A stretch of DNA of 64,000 bases from Octopus vulgaris (taxonomy: Eukaryota), in the NCBI GenBank assembly GCA_951406725.2, contig OX597823.1, positions 16,740,001-16,804,000 of the forward strand. Reading direction: 5' to 3'. How positions within the stretch are numbered: the stretch's first letter is position 1; each line of letters begins with the position of its first letter. The position numbers and the translations under genes were made by a program. Below, in pieces: positions 13,101-25,587 of this stretch. Under the pieces are notes generated by a model. The model was not told the origin of the DNA. It was given only the letters and a program-made list of their open reading frames with translations, and made no database searches.

Positions 13101-14347
13101 TCTTTTACATCAGCTCTTTAGTTGAAACCTTGGTTCATCCACTAATCTGGTATGCAGCTCTGTTAGTCTCTATTTCCTCCCACTTTTTATCATAAACAGC
13201 ACCAAGTACTTCTTTAAAACTACATCTGGATTAGGGATCTTTCAGCTCCCATACATAAGTACCAGTTGAGCACTGGGGTCAATGTAATCAACTCAGCCCC
13301 TCTTTCAAAATTACTGGTTTTGTAACTCTTCTAGACTACATTAACTAGTACATTCTTCAAAAGGCAAAGACATAGTATTCACAACTCTCCCTATCCCATT
13401 CCTAATAGCATGAATTCTATCTGGCTAGCATATTAACCTGAGTGGTAACAGATTAGGTGTGGGTTGATCAAACAATTGGATGCTCATATGTCTAAATCAA
13501 TGGGAGACTACATTCCAGTAGGTACTTGACTCACATTTTGTTTAAGCTAGTAGGACATGACATGGGGTATATTTGGTTTCTATTTCTAACAGACCAAGGA
13601 AACATGTCTCCTCATTGTTTTTTTTTCCTTCAGGACAGTGTTGGACAAATGTTTAATTGGAGTATACAATTGTACTATCATGACTTCTCAAGGCAGACAA
13701 TAACTTTAAGAAATTTTTCATGAAGCTCCTCTCTTCCTAATCATGTGGTTTTGGGTTCAGTTTCACTGTCCATCACAGGCTAACCAAAACCTTGATTTGG
13801 CAAATGGAAACTGATGGAAGCCAATTATATATGTTTGTGTATACCCATCTTAAAAACCACATGATGGTTGCAAATAAGCATCATTAGCATACAAGTGATG
13901 TTGATTTCCAGTCTTCAGTGGAAATGGCCATGGGGAAATATTACCTTACTTAGAAACTGGTGAGTTTTGGCAGCAGGAAGGACATCTGGCCAACGAAACT
14001 CTGTCTCAATGAATTCTGTGTGACCCATGCAAGCATAGAAAAGTGAATGTTAAAACAACGAGGATGAAAGAAATTTAATTTTTGCCAACTTAACAGACTT
14101 GGTTTAGATCATTCATAGCAGCTATTATACAGCTCTAGTAACTTTTTTCAATAATTGCTCTTCATTTTTAATTTTCAGCTCAGACCAATCTATAGAACCT
14201 CTGCTGAAACACTGGAATCTGAATTGTAGTCAAGTATCTCTGGTTGAATTCCAAGCTGATGGTCCAGACATTGCCAATTCAGGCCTCCCAGGAAATCATA
14301 CCATTCAAATGCTGAAGATATTTAAGAGAAAGCCTAAGATTGGATGA
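4075..14347 (+). CDS. METTL23: METTL23-like methyltransferase gene (5'-partial), join(4075..4179,7029..7269,8818..8902,14179..14347)
   Basis: Four GT-AG exons with consistent phases (0,1,2) splice into YGFYVWPCAVVLAQYIW...ILELSAGTALPGIVAAKC...DIILGSDCFY...DFEDILVTVSFIL...TYQERSSDQSIEPLLKHW...LPGNHTIQML, colinear with METTL23 as I recall it. Confidence 0.93.
5029..6040 (+). pseudogene. Decayed Tc1/mariner-superfamily transposase (probably DD37D/maT type)
   Basis: FSDEKIF, QQDSAPCH and WPPKSPDCNPLDYYVWG motifs interrupted by stops and frameshifts. Confidence 0.85.
6091..6308. repeat. Inverted repeat of a tRNA-like head, arms about 6091-6188 and 6208-6308
   Basis: actaaggtatttttttgccgatatt versus aatatcggcaaaaaaataccttagt. 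Confidence 0.85.
6550..6958. mobile_element. MITE with gatcttttcggtttgaacggcagtttt TIRs
   Basis: Terminal inverted repeats of about 27 bp; second copy at 42042-42433. Confidence 0.85.
7029..7269 (+). CDS. METTL23: METTL23-like exon with SAM-binding motif I (LSAGTALPG) and DIILGSDCFY
   Basis: tttcag acceptor, gtaact donor, 241 nt; lies within ORF 6999..7334. Confidence 0.93.
7458..7707 (+). mobile_element. (GAT)n-tailed retroposon family 3 (further copies near 15310, 24214, 27028, 33265, 39750, 50416, 56905, 63063)
   Basis: ttggcgttaggaagggcatccagctgtagaaac core, ends acgttaaacgatgatgat; variable 5' truncation. Confidence 0.85.
8294..8690 (-). mobile_element. SINE family 2, head-to-tail dimer
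   Basis: Two tandem units with gagttcaaattcc B-box-like motif and gcctttcatcctttcggggtcga core. Confidence 0.85.
8818..8902 (+). CDS. METTL23: METTL23-like exon (DFEDILVTVSFILEKNGECQFWCTYQERS)
   Basis: ttccag acceptor, gtaggt donor, phase 1 in and phase 2 out match neighbours. Confidence 0.92.
9060..9310 (-). mobile_element. 251-bp retroposon with 14-bp TSD carrying the hammerhead motif
   Basis: tctattgagattgt at 9046-9059 and 9311-9324. Confidence 0.75.
9225..9263 (-). ncRNA. Minimal type I hammerhead motif (CCGAUGA variant)
   Basis: acg-CCGAUGA-cggau caau auuca-GAAA-cucgag-UC-cgu. Confidence 0.62.
10770..11520 (-). mobile_element. Second decayed copy of the same RTE-type LINE 3' region
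   Basis: Colinear similarity to 1061-2420 with deletions. Confidence 0.65.
11572..11964. repeat. Inverted repeat, arms 11572-11690 and 11846-11964
   Basis: About 119-bp arms with few mismatches. Confidence 0.9.
11691..11760 (-). ncRNA. Type I hammerhead ribozyme motif
   Basis: cctg-CUGAUGA-long helix II-GAAA-ccaugg-UC-cagg; all core residues present. Confidence 0.7.
12720..12948 (-). mobile_element. SINE family 2 with 13-bp TSD
   Basis: TSD tgactcataccaa at 12706-12718 and 12953-12965. Confidence 0.88.
14179..14347 (+). CDS. METTL23: METTL23-like last coding exon, stop TGA 14345-14347
   Basis: ttttcag acceptor; SDQSIEPLLKHWNLNC...LPGNHTIQMLKIFKRKPKIG*. Confidence 0.92.
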
Positions 14348-15863
14348 AGCTGCTTCCTTCATACCCACTTCTGCAATCATATTAACTGTCAATTTTACAG
14401 TACAATACTGCAAATGGTGACAACAAACTATCTGCAAGTTTTACTTGAAAGACAGACAAGGGTTAGCAACAAGAACATCTAGCCATAAAAATCCTATCCT
14501 CTTCTTCATCTAACCCATGCTAGCATGGAAAAAAAAAAACAGATGTTAAACCAACAAATGAATGAATACGACCAGGATCTTGGAATATCACAATTTGTAT
14601 CAGGCTATGGAATGGTGAAATAGAGAGACATTTAGATAGGTAAGTACTATGAATACACTTACCACAAGGGGAAAATCTTGGATTTGTGGAACAAAAGATA
14701 ATCATTAAATTAATAATGGATATGTTTGAAAAGAGAAAAAAAAAGTGTTTATCACCTGCCCATTTCTTAGTGTGTGTTCAACTCCAAAGTGGCAGAGGAA
14801 TAACCATTCAACTGCAAAATGGTTTAAATCCAACAGGTTGTTAGCATTCAACCATGAAGAGGAGTAAGTGCCTGAATCCCCTACCAAACCAATGGTAGTG
14901 ACTAACGTTGGAATGTGCTTCAAATAACAATACAAGAGACTTCTAGAATCAACAAAGAAGCCTCTACATAGTCACCGACCAGCTAGATATAGCTGCCATG
15001 TCTCCCTTATTTATACCATCTTGAAAGAAGGGAAGGATAACATATGTAGTTTTGTGTGGGGTTGAAATGAGGTCATAGCTGGAGCACTTTTAAGGTTAAA
15101 AAACTATTTTCATATGAAAATTGAATTCAGCACAAACATTTCTCAATTATACAAGCTCCACCCACCCCCATTCCTTCCATAATTGTAGATACCCAATTTA
15201 GTAGAGTGCCTTATCGATCAAGAGATTGTTGCCAACAGATTATGTACTTTCAGTGTGTTCAATCTTTGAACAAGATTGAACTTAGGGTAGATCCTTATAT
15301 ATGACTGCATTGCCGGTGGCACGTAAAAAGCAACATCCAATCGTGGCTGTTTGCCAGCCTTGTCTGGCACATAAAAAGCACCCACTACACTCATGGAGTG
15401 GTTGGCGTTAGGAAGGGCATCCAGCTGTAGAAACATTGCCTGATCAGACCGGGCCTGGTGCAGCCCTTCTGGCTTCCCAGACCCCAGTTGAACTGTCCAA
15501 CCCATGCCAACATGGAAAGCAGACACTAAATGATGATGATGATGATTTAGAGTATAGTATTGGTCAGACTTAATACATGTCTCTTTATACAGAAATTGGC
15601 TGTATTTTTACTATGGTACTTATTAATGACTAAATGGGAATCAAACCACCATATGTTTGGTGTTACCAAACTGAGCAGTGCAGCTTCTAGACATGGTTCA
15701 TGTAATGTAACTTGGTAGACATATGTAACTGATTGCGTTAAATGTTAATGAGGCTAGATTTTGTTTCTAGTCTACCACCATACAGTAAATATGCTATGAG
15801 GTTTCATTGCATTGGTAGGGCTGAACGTCTGCAGTCAGCAAGTGCTTAAGGAATTATGAGTAA

Positions 15864-16216
15864 TCTCTATATATAAACGGCAGTTTGTCTGTGTGTGTCT
15901 GTTAGGTTGTACCCTCACCCTGACCACGGCTTTCAACCGATTCTGATGAAACTTGACACACGCATAGCCCAATGTCATAATTCAAAACTAACGCAGCGAA
16001 AATTTTGAAAAGTTCCCCTAGTTCTGAAAAAAATCGATAAATTCGACATGGGGTTGAGAAACACAAACCACAGACTGTCTAGGGGACGCAACTCGACCTT
16101 TTTAACTAAAAAAAAATTTACCATCATTTTCCCCCCATTTTTTGGCTATAACTCTCTAAAAATGCTTTATAGTTATTTCCCTTACAAATCCGAGCAACAA
16201 CGGGCGATACTGCTAG
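15864..16216 (+). mobile_element. Non-autonomous Helitron-like element, different 5' body, shared 3' end
   Basis: A|TC start, CTAG|T end, subterminal ccgagcaacaacggg hairpin, no TSD. Confidence 0.78.
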
Positions 16217-18584
16217 TTAAAGAACAAAAGAAAGCAACACATTTTAGCTTGTTTTTAAAATTTATTAAATTTTGGATAAAATTTCCAACTCTGTATTTTT
16301 CTTCAGAAAATTGAAGTTTTTCTAGTAAGGCAATAATGAGAACAATCCATTCAAGGCTGTCATTTGTTTCTCCTCCACACACCTAATAAACAAAACGGTT
16401 AAATAACAAGTATATCCATACAATGGTGTTTGTGTCTTTTTTATTTCTTTATTACCAAACAAAATCACTTAAGCTTATTGAAAAGGAAACAAATTTACCC
16501 AATCAACACAATTCATATAATTATAAATAAAATATGTTAAGTCATATATATATGTATATATAACAAAAATATTTTAATTAAATTTCGTACAAATCTACTG
16601 GAAACTATATTGCTTGATCAAAATGAATTTTTAAGAGAGCCTGAAGTGTAGTGTAGCTTGGTAACAAGCCAAATTTGTAGATATTTAATGATAGGTACAT
16701 CTATAAAAAAATCAATCTTAAATACATGAGAAATAAAAATGGTCAATTTTTTTTAACACTGGACAACAAGAGTGTATGGAATGGTGAGACTAAGCATTAC
16801 CAACTATTGGAGTAGTCAAATATTTACCATTTTTATTCCTGCCATTCTTTAATACAACTTATTCCCTATCATTTCACATTTCCAATGACTTATCAATTCT
16901 GAAGGTTTGAAAATGCTAAATATTTAATTCAGGTTAAACACCATATATGGACAGGCTGAGAGAAAAATTGAAATGTATTTATCCCTACAAACACAGACAG
17001 TTAATTGAACAAAAACAATGGAGAATGAACTGTCCTGTCCAAATAAAAGACGGTATGAATGAACAAAACAAATGGATTTGTAACCCAATATCTTTTCACA
17101 TTTTGATGTAATATAAATTAGGAAGGAGAGAAAATATTTTTGAAGAAATAGTAGCACAACTGTTTTGTGATGTTAACAAATGCTGCACTTAATGCATCCC
17201 AAAAAATAAGGCATCAGTGTCCAAGACTTTGGACGTATGAGTTTAGATTTAGTGGTGGTAGGTAAAGACCCTATAAGGCCACACTCAGTCATAAAGACTT
17301 GTTTTAAGGCAACTGTTGAAGTAGCACATACAATTATTGAGATCCACAAGATATGTGTAAAATGAGTGTGTATTTAGGCACAAGACCAGAGAACAACAAC
17401 TTCTATGTTCATGTTGGTCTAAACGTCATTAGCAGCAAAAGCAAACTGGTTTCTACTGACAAAAATCAAACTACTCTTGGTTTACTGTGGGCTAATTTTT
17501 CTACTGTGTGTATACCAGGCAGAAGGCTAACTTTTGTCTCTTGTAGGTGGGGAAATTTAGTCAATTGAATCGTCCTACAGCATATTACTGGTACTTTGTA
17601 TTGCCCTATACATTGTTACAATTTCAATGAAGAAAAAAAATACTGGCAAATTTAATACTGCTCGCTCCACTTTTTTTCTTTTTTTTGCTTTTGTTTTAAA
17701 TAATGAAAAGAATATATTTTCAAATGCAACCATAAAATATAATTAACATACATCCTTTGTAGATATCTTTCTCACATAACATAATACAACCTGAATTTAC
17801 AGATTATCTTTGATAAAGAATGTCACTGAACATTTCTCAATAATCTATGGACATGATTAATTTTTTATGAGACCTGTTATATGCTTTTTTTTAGAAAAAA
17901 ATAAACTAAAACAAAATTAGCTTTAACAACCTGCGAAAAATCTTCACAGATATGGTTGAGGGACAAACTGACAACTTGCTTGGTGCTTTTTTTTTTTTTT
18001 TTTTGCATTCAACAAATGTTTTAAATATAAGATTGATTCTTCTTTTGCATCAACATTCAAGTAAGGATTCTTCAAACCACTTGATTATATATATGTGTGT
18101 GTGTGTGTGTTTGTGTGTCTCTATAGATCATGTATATGTGTGTGAATGGCTGTGTATATATATATATATGTGTGTGTGTGCATTCATCATATCCCTTTTA
18201 GTTTAACAGGAGAATAATGGCTCCAACAATGGCAAAAGAGAAATTTCAATTCATCCATTCACTTACTCGGATCTTAAAAAGAGAAAGTGACTAATTTCTC
18301 AGTCAATCGTTTAAGAGTTTGATAGGGAAATTATTCGCCAATAAAAGTTTTTAAAAAATGTAAAGAATTACTTGATCTCCACACAGAACATAATGAAGGA
18401 TATCATCTCACCCCAACTTTTTAGCTATATTTATCCTCTATGTCCTTTTATAGCCGTGAGTTGGTGCTGTTTTGGGAGGTGGGGAATGATATATTTGTTC
18501 TGTATGCTCTTTTTCCTCTTTTCCTTTGCTCTGTTAAGTTCTCTTCTTCACCCTTTGATGTAATGCTTGTGGCATCTTAATGCC

Positions 18585-18648
18585 CTAATGCCCATTTACA
18601 CAACTGTCTTTATTTGAAGAGAGAGAACGTAAACTATTTGCAATTTCT
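18585..18648 (-). CDS. USP37: USP37-like last coding exon (EIANSLRSLSSNKDSCVNGH*)
   Basis: ttgcag acceptor, phase 2 in, TAG at 18587-18585. Confidence 0.82.
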
Positions 18649-19352
18649 CTGCAACAGAAAAATAAAATATATATATAATAATAATATTAGGGAGTATATC
18701 CAAACTTACAGGGAAAAAATTAGATTTAGGATTAAATCAAATTTCACAGTATAAATATAAATTAAATTAGAGATAAAACCACTATTAGGCAACTCAAACA
18801 GTGATAGATGTAAACCAAAACATTAAAAAAATATATATATAATATATAGGCGCAGGAGTGGCTGTGTGGTAAGTAGCTTGCTAACCAACCACATGGTTCC
18901 GGGTTCAGTCCCACTGCGTGGCACCTTGGGCAAGTGTCTTCTGCTATAGCCCCGGCCCGACCAATACCTTGTGAGTGGATTTGGTAGACGGAAACTGAAA
19001 GAAGCCCATCATATATATGTATATATATATATATGTGTGTGTGTGTGTCTGTGTTTGTCCCCTTAGCATTGCTTGACAACCGATGCTGGTGTGTTTACGT
19101 CCCCATTACTTAGCGGTTCGGCAAAAGAGACCGATAGAATAAGTACTGGGCTTACAAAGAATAAGTCCCGGGGTCGATTTGCTCGATTAAAGGTGGTGCT
19201 CCAGCATGGCCGCAGTCAAATGACAAACAAGTAAAAGAGTATATAAAATTTAAATTATTAAAATTTAAAATTTATATTTATAAACTTTTTTAACTAACCA
19301 AAAAGTATAAAAAAGTTAAATATAATATAAGTTTTATCTCTAATTTAATTTA

Positions 19353-19425
<73 letters not shown>

Positions 19426-22400
19426 AATATGTATACTTTGCAAACGAACATTTTGAAATCCCAAGAATATCAACCCATTCAGTAAACAGGAAATATTAAT
19501 GAAACCAATATAGAAAGTTCAAAAAATTGTTTGACTTGACGGATATGGAATACTAATAGAAGATTGTAATTTTCCAGAATTAACCTTAAGTTAAGGTTAA
19601 TTCTGGAAAAAATTATCTATGTTTCAATCTCCAATCAACATATTCCTAGATATGTACATGCCTACTCACTGAATTCTCACACTAAGCACCTTTATTTCTG
19701 AAATGAATGCAATAATATCTATATCTATCTCCAGTAGGCCAAATGATGGATAAAAAAAAACAAAGGTTTCCTTAGCTGTAGATATTTGAGAATAGGACCC
19801 CTGATAAAAATCAAAAATAAAGCATAGGCATAAATATATACACTAAAGATGAGATTAATTAATCCAAAAAATTATGAACTTAATATTTTTGAAATGTTCT
19901 CAAAGTCTAAAATAAGTGAGAGAATATAACCCTCAGCACAAATAATCTACAGGGCTTTGTGCCTATCTCCAGTTTTCATAATGTAAAACAGATGAGGGAT
20001 ATAACCTGCCAATCAACTGAGGAGTAACCTCTGATATAGGAGGAATAAAACTAAGCACCCTTTCACTCCAAATAAAATTTTTAAATTTAAGCAATCACTC
20101 GTGAAGTGTTACTTAACCCTTTTGTTACTGTATTTATTTTGAGATGCTCTGTGTTTCTTTCAATTACTTCAAATATAACAAAGAATTTAGTAAAATAACT
20201 TAGTTACCATTCAGCTAGTGTTAGGAACATAAATTGTGACTAAGGTTTGGAGGAAGATTTTAAGTCAAAACTTATGAAAAAAAAGACATTTGTACTCGGA
20301 GCCAGAGCTGGTTTCAGCCAGGTTGGTAATGAAAGGGTTAAAGGTGGTACTATATATATATATAGGCGTAGTAGTGGCTGTGTGGTAAGTAGCTTGCTTA
20401 CCAACCACATGGTTCCGGGTTCAGTCCCACTGCATGGCACTTTGGGCAAGTGTCTTCTATAGCTGAAAGAAGCCAGTCGTATGTATGTGTATATGTTTGT
20501 CCCCCTCAACATCGCTTGACAACCGATGCTAGTGTGTTTACGTCCCCGTAACTTAGCGGTTCGGCAAAAGAGGCCGATAGAATAAGTACTAGGCTTACAA
20601 AGAATAAGTCCTGGGGTTGATTAATTTAGAAAATAACGAAGAATTTAGTAAAATAACTTTAACCCTTTCGTTACTGTATTTATTTTGAGATGCTCTGTAT
20701 TTCTTTCAATTACTTTAAATATAAAAAAGAATTTATCCTAGCAGGGATTCAGACTTACAACACAAAGAATGCCAACCAAATATTGCAAGACATTTCATCT
20801 GTCCCTATAAATAGATGCTAGCTTAAGCCCAAGCTTTAAAATCTGAGAGGGATTAGTTAATACAATATACCTCAGTATTTGACTGGTACTCTTTTACTGA
20901 CCCAAGGGGGACGAAGGGCAAAGTTGACCCCAACAGGATTTAGTCTCAATGTACTCTTACTCTCTTTTACTTGTTTGTCATCTGAATGCGGCCATGCTGG
21001 AGCACTGCCTTTAGTCGAGCAAATCGACCCCGGGACTTATTCTTTGTAAGCCCAGTACTTATTCTATCGGTCTCTTTTGCCGAACCGCCAAGTAATGGGG
21101 ACGTAAACACACCAGCATCGGTTGTCAAGCAAACACAGACACACAAACACACACATACATATATATACATGTATACGACAGGCTTCTTTCAGTTTCCGTC
21201 TACCAAATCCACTCACAAGGCATTGGTCGGCCCGGGGCTATAGCAGAAGACACTTACCCAAGATGCCATGCAGTGGGACTGAACCCGGAACCATGTGGTT
21301 GGTTAGCAAGCTACTTACCACACAGCCACTCCTGCACCTAGAGTAGCATAACTAAATATTTTAAGACATTTACAGAGACGCTCTCAAACAATTCACTCTA
21401 TCCAACAACATGGACACAGAGATGCATATTTTGGTTGAAATGTATAGTCAATGAAAATGATATTAGTACAGGACATGATTATTTTCTTGGCCCCAGATTG
21501 ATGAAACACCAAAGTTAAATCTGATAGACATTCTGTCTGATACTATAGTCCCCATTCACTATATTTAATAAAAATAGTAATAATTATAATAATAAAAGTA
21601 AACTTACTTTGATAAATAGAAAAATATATAACCAGAATCCTGACGAGTGTTTTGTACTTCAGTTTCGTTAGTTAACCGTACTTCTTTGTCGTCAAAGGAA
21701 TACCATTTATTGGTCTGTAAATCTAAAACCTCACTTAAATAGTGTCCTGATGTGAAATAAAGGAATAATAAAGAAAATAACATTTAGACATTTAAAAGAG
21801 AAAAGAAAAGTATATGCAACTCTGACATATCTTGCATTTATTTTATCAGCCGGTGAAGTATAAAAAGCAAAGCTGACCTGGAAGAATTTGAACTTAGACT
21901 GTTAAGAGATGTGACTAATGACTAAATACTACTCCCAAATATCATAACAAGTAGATGTTACACACCCACACACGCGTGGCTCTGTGATTAGAGCGTCAAG
22001 CTTACGATCGTGAGGTTGTGAGCTCGAATCCCGGACCGGGCTGCGTGTTGTGTTCTTGAGCAAGACACTTTATTTCACATTGCTCCAGTTCACTCAGCTG
22101 TAGAAATGAGTTGCGACGTCACAGGTGCCAAGCTGTATCGGCCCTTGCCTTTCCCTTGGACAACACTGGTGGCGTGGAGAGGGGAGGCCGATATGCATGG
22201 GCGACTGCTGGTCTTCCATAAAAACAAAAAAAACAACCTTGCCCAGACTTGTGCCTCAGAGGGTAACTCTCTAGGTGCAAACCCATGGTCAGTGTCTGAC
22301 TGAAGGGGGTCACCAGATGTTACACATTTCATCAGTTATCCTGTTTGTATCATAACTTCAGTCTCTGGTCATAGAAAATATGTAACCTTAAGAGGCCATC

Positions 22401-25400
22401 GACACAGAAAAGAAGCCCTTCTGAGTCCAACACCTTGTATTCTCCACCATCTTCCTCACCATCCATTCTTTGATGTTTCTCAACCAACTTTATGGCTTTC
22501 TCAGACATCATAAAAGTTATAAATTTTTAGAAATTGTTTTCTTAACCCTTTAGTGTTTAAACTGGCCAAATCCGGCCCAATATATTCCACATGTTTTATA
22601 TTCAAACTGGCGATATCTAGCCTCTCACACCTAACCTACAATGTCATTTTAAAAATAAGTAATCACATCATTGAAACCTCAAAGCTGTAAGATGATCCAG
22701 GATTAATTCAAAACAATTTGAGTGAAAAAGTATTACATTTAACAGAGTAATCTGAACACTAATGGGTTAAACCAGTTATTTAGTTATTTCTGTTGTACTC
22801 AGCCCAGTGTAGATATACTGGGCTGAGTACAATAGAAATACATACTCTTACTCTTGGGTACATAGATATGTAATTTCTTTCATATATTAGAGGATATAAT
22901 AATAAAATTTCTAACAGCAGAGGCACAAGGCCTAAAATTTCGGAGGGGTGAGGACAGTCTATTACATCAATCTCAGAACTTAACTGGTACTTTATTTTAC
23001 TGACCCTGAAAGGATGAAAGCAAAATTAACAAGGAGAAAGAAGGGAAATGGGTTTGAACCTAGAATGTAAAGACCCACAAAGCATCTTGTTCAACACCAA
23101 TGATTAGGCCAATCCATGACCCTGACACTTAATGCTGCCAGTCTACTGATCAAGTGGGTCTCACCATTATGTGAAAATAAAATGTGTAAGATCAGAGAGT
23201 ATATCAAAGATGTTCTAAGCTTGAATTTCTTGGTATCAAGCAGATAAAAAATTAATACTTCCATGGGTAGGAAAGTATTCAGTCTTCAACATTCTTGGGT
23301 GAATTGGTACTTCTTAGTAGTTTGGTGAAGAATTACTATTTCCATCATCTCTAAAGATGGTTTTCAACTTAATTTACACCATATCCCTGGCAAATAACTA
23401 CTGCCTGCTTTATGTGCCTCTTCACCCACCCCAATATTAATTTAACTGCAGTTGCTATAAAAACTAATGTGTCTTCTGCCAGAATGTGAGGGAAGTTGTT
23501 CCAAATGAAAAGTGTCAGCCCAACTATTTCAACCTGGCCATGTTGAAATGAGGTATTTGAGATTAACTGTACACATTATTGTCATCTATTGATAACTTAC
23601 ACTCATGTCTGTCGTCTTGTTGAAGACGGGTCTGCCACATGTCTCATTCCATCAGCAACATTTGCAGTACCACTGTCTTCTTTCCAAGTTTTGACAATAG
23701 TTTTCATAGGAGATATGGCTCACCTTCCTATGGATTGCTTAGCAGTTAATGGCATGGCACACCAAATACACAATGAAATGACTTGCAGTGGACTTGAAAA
23801 AGACCTATGAGTTGTAAGTCCAATATGTTATTTATTTGATCCAATTTTACATCTTAAATCAAAGGCTGAGTCAAAGAATTAAACAACAGCTAAGTTGGAC
23901 ATTAGAACACAGCATTCTTAAACTCTCCAGTTAAACAACCAATTTCTTTATTCTCATTTTAAACGGAGCAGGTATCTTACATGACATAACAAGCATTATG
24001 ATCAAACTGGTGTTCAGGGAGGAGAAATCAAAAAAGAGATTTGAGAAAGCAGAAACAAGGTGAAGGAAGAGTTACCACAACTTACCAGAAACAGATGTAT
24101 TTCCAATATGTGCAACAACACTGACAAGTTGGTAGGAATGAGGTAAATTACCTTCCTGGAAGAAACAAACAAAAACTGCATTACACTTAATGTCTCACCC
24201 AACCAGACAGACAATCATCATCATCATCATCATTTAGCATCCGCTTTCCATGCTAGCATGGGTTGGACGGTTCAACTGGGGTCTGTGAAGCCAGAAGGCT
24301 GCATCAGGCCCAGTCTGATCTGGCAGTGTTTCTACAGGTGGATGCCCTTCCTAACGCCAACCACTCCGTGAGTGTAGTGGGTGCTTTTTATGGGGGCCAG
24401 GCGAGGCTGGCACTTGGAATTTATGAATCCTTATTTTAATTATTAAATAGTTGTTGACTATGCTACGTTTGTCCACCTTTTTAATTGGTAATACTTTTAT
24501 CCTGCTGGGTTTCCCCGAATCACATTTACTAAGTGTGCCAGTTTAATTGCTGACATCTTAACCATCTAACAAGTTGTACTAGATTACATGTAACACAATA
24601 ATGAAGACAACCCATATAGGAAGCCAGTGGGAAGATAAAATGCAACCAGTTCGTTCTGTGAAATTAATTATGCTAGTAAGAGCATCTAGCCACAACAATT
24701 GACTAACAAGTTTTGTCTGCTGATCACAGTAAGTAGCAAGACACTGTGTTGAAACTAGACCAGTCCAACTCATGCCAGCATAGAAAAACAGACACAAAAT
24801 TGTGAGTGTGTGTGTGTGCGTATATACAGAGTGGCCTGTATGTCCCAACCTGTCCATATGTTGTGTTATTCAATACGATTCCTTCCCAAGGAAAAGTGAC
24901 GTTTAAGGACGAGTGCGCAATTCACTGTTCAAGTCAGGCACAAAATGTTTACTTCTGGGCAAAAAAGAACCCTCATTATTATGAAGAAATTGAATACAAC
25001 TCTGCATATCATGATGTGAGTGGCACTTAATGCACATCTTGTTACTGAATCAAACTTTTTAGACAGGCCAGTAAACCACACTTCATATCTAAACGTGTTA
25101 CAACAATGGTTTATACCGAAACTCGAACTTGGAATCAGAGAGGAGATTTAGTTTCAACAAGATGGAGCTCTGGCTCATTATGCCCTCACTGTGTGAAATT
25201 ATCTTAATGACACTTTTCCAAATAAATGGATAGGTCATGGTTCTGTAACAACCCCAGTGCCCATAAAATGACCTACAAGAAGTCTGGACTTGACAACATG
25301 TGATAACTCTCTTTGAGGATACATAAAGGACATTCTCTTTTCTCTTTTTACTTGTTTCAGTCATTTAACTGCAGCCATGCTGGAGCACCGCCTTTAGTCA

Positions 25401-25544
25401 AGCAAATTGACCCCGGGACTTAGTCTTTGTAAGCCCAGTACTTATTCTATCGGTCTCTTTGCCGAACCGCTAAGTGACGGGGACGTAAACATACCAGCAT
25501 CAGTTGTCAAGCAATGCTAGAGGGACAAACACAGACACACAAAC

Positions 25545-25587
<43 letters not shown>

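Noticed and set aside
18762-19079. Recurrent ORFs such as YDGLLSVSVYQIHSQG...CPRCHAVGLN and RPRKDERQSRPRRNLNS
   Set aside because: Chance translations of SINE families 1 and 2; they recur because the repeat recurs
23100-23800. Exon-like segment with gtaagt donor near 23600
   Set aside because: Stops in all minus frames; resembles a decayed Tc1/mariner N-terminus and is not needed for the USP37 chain
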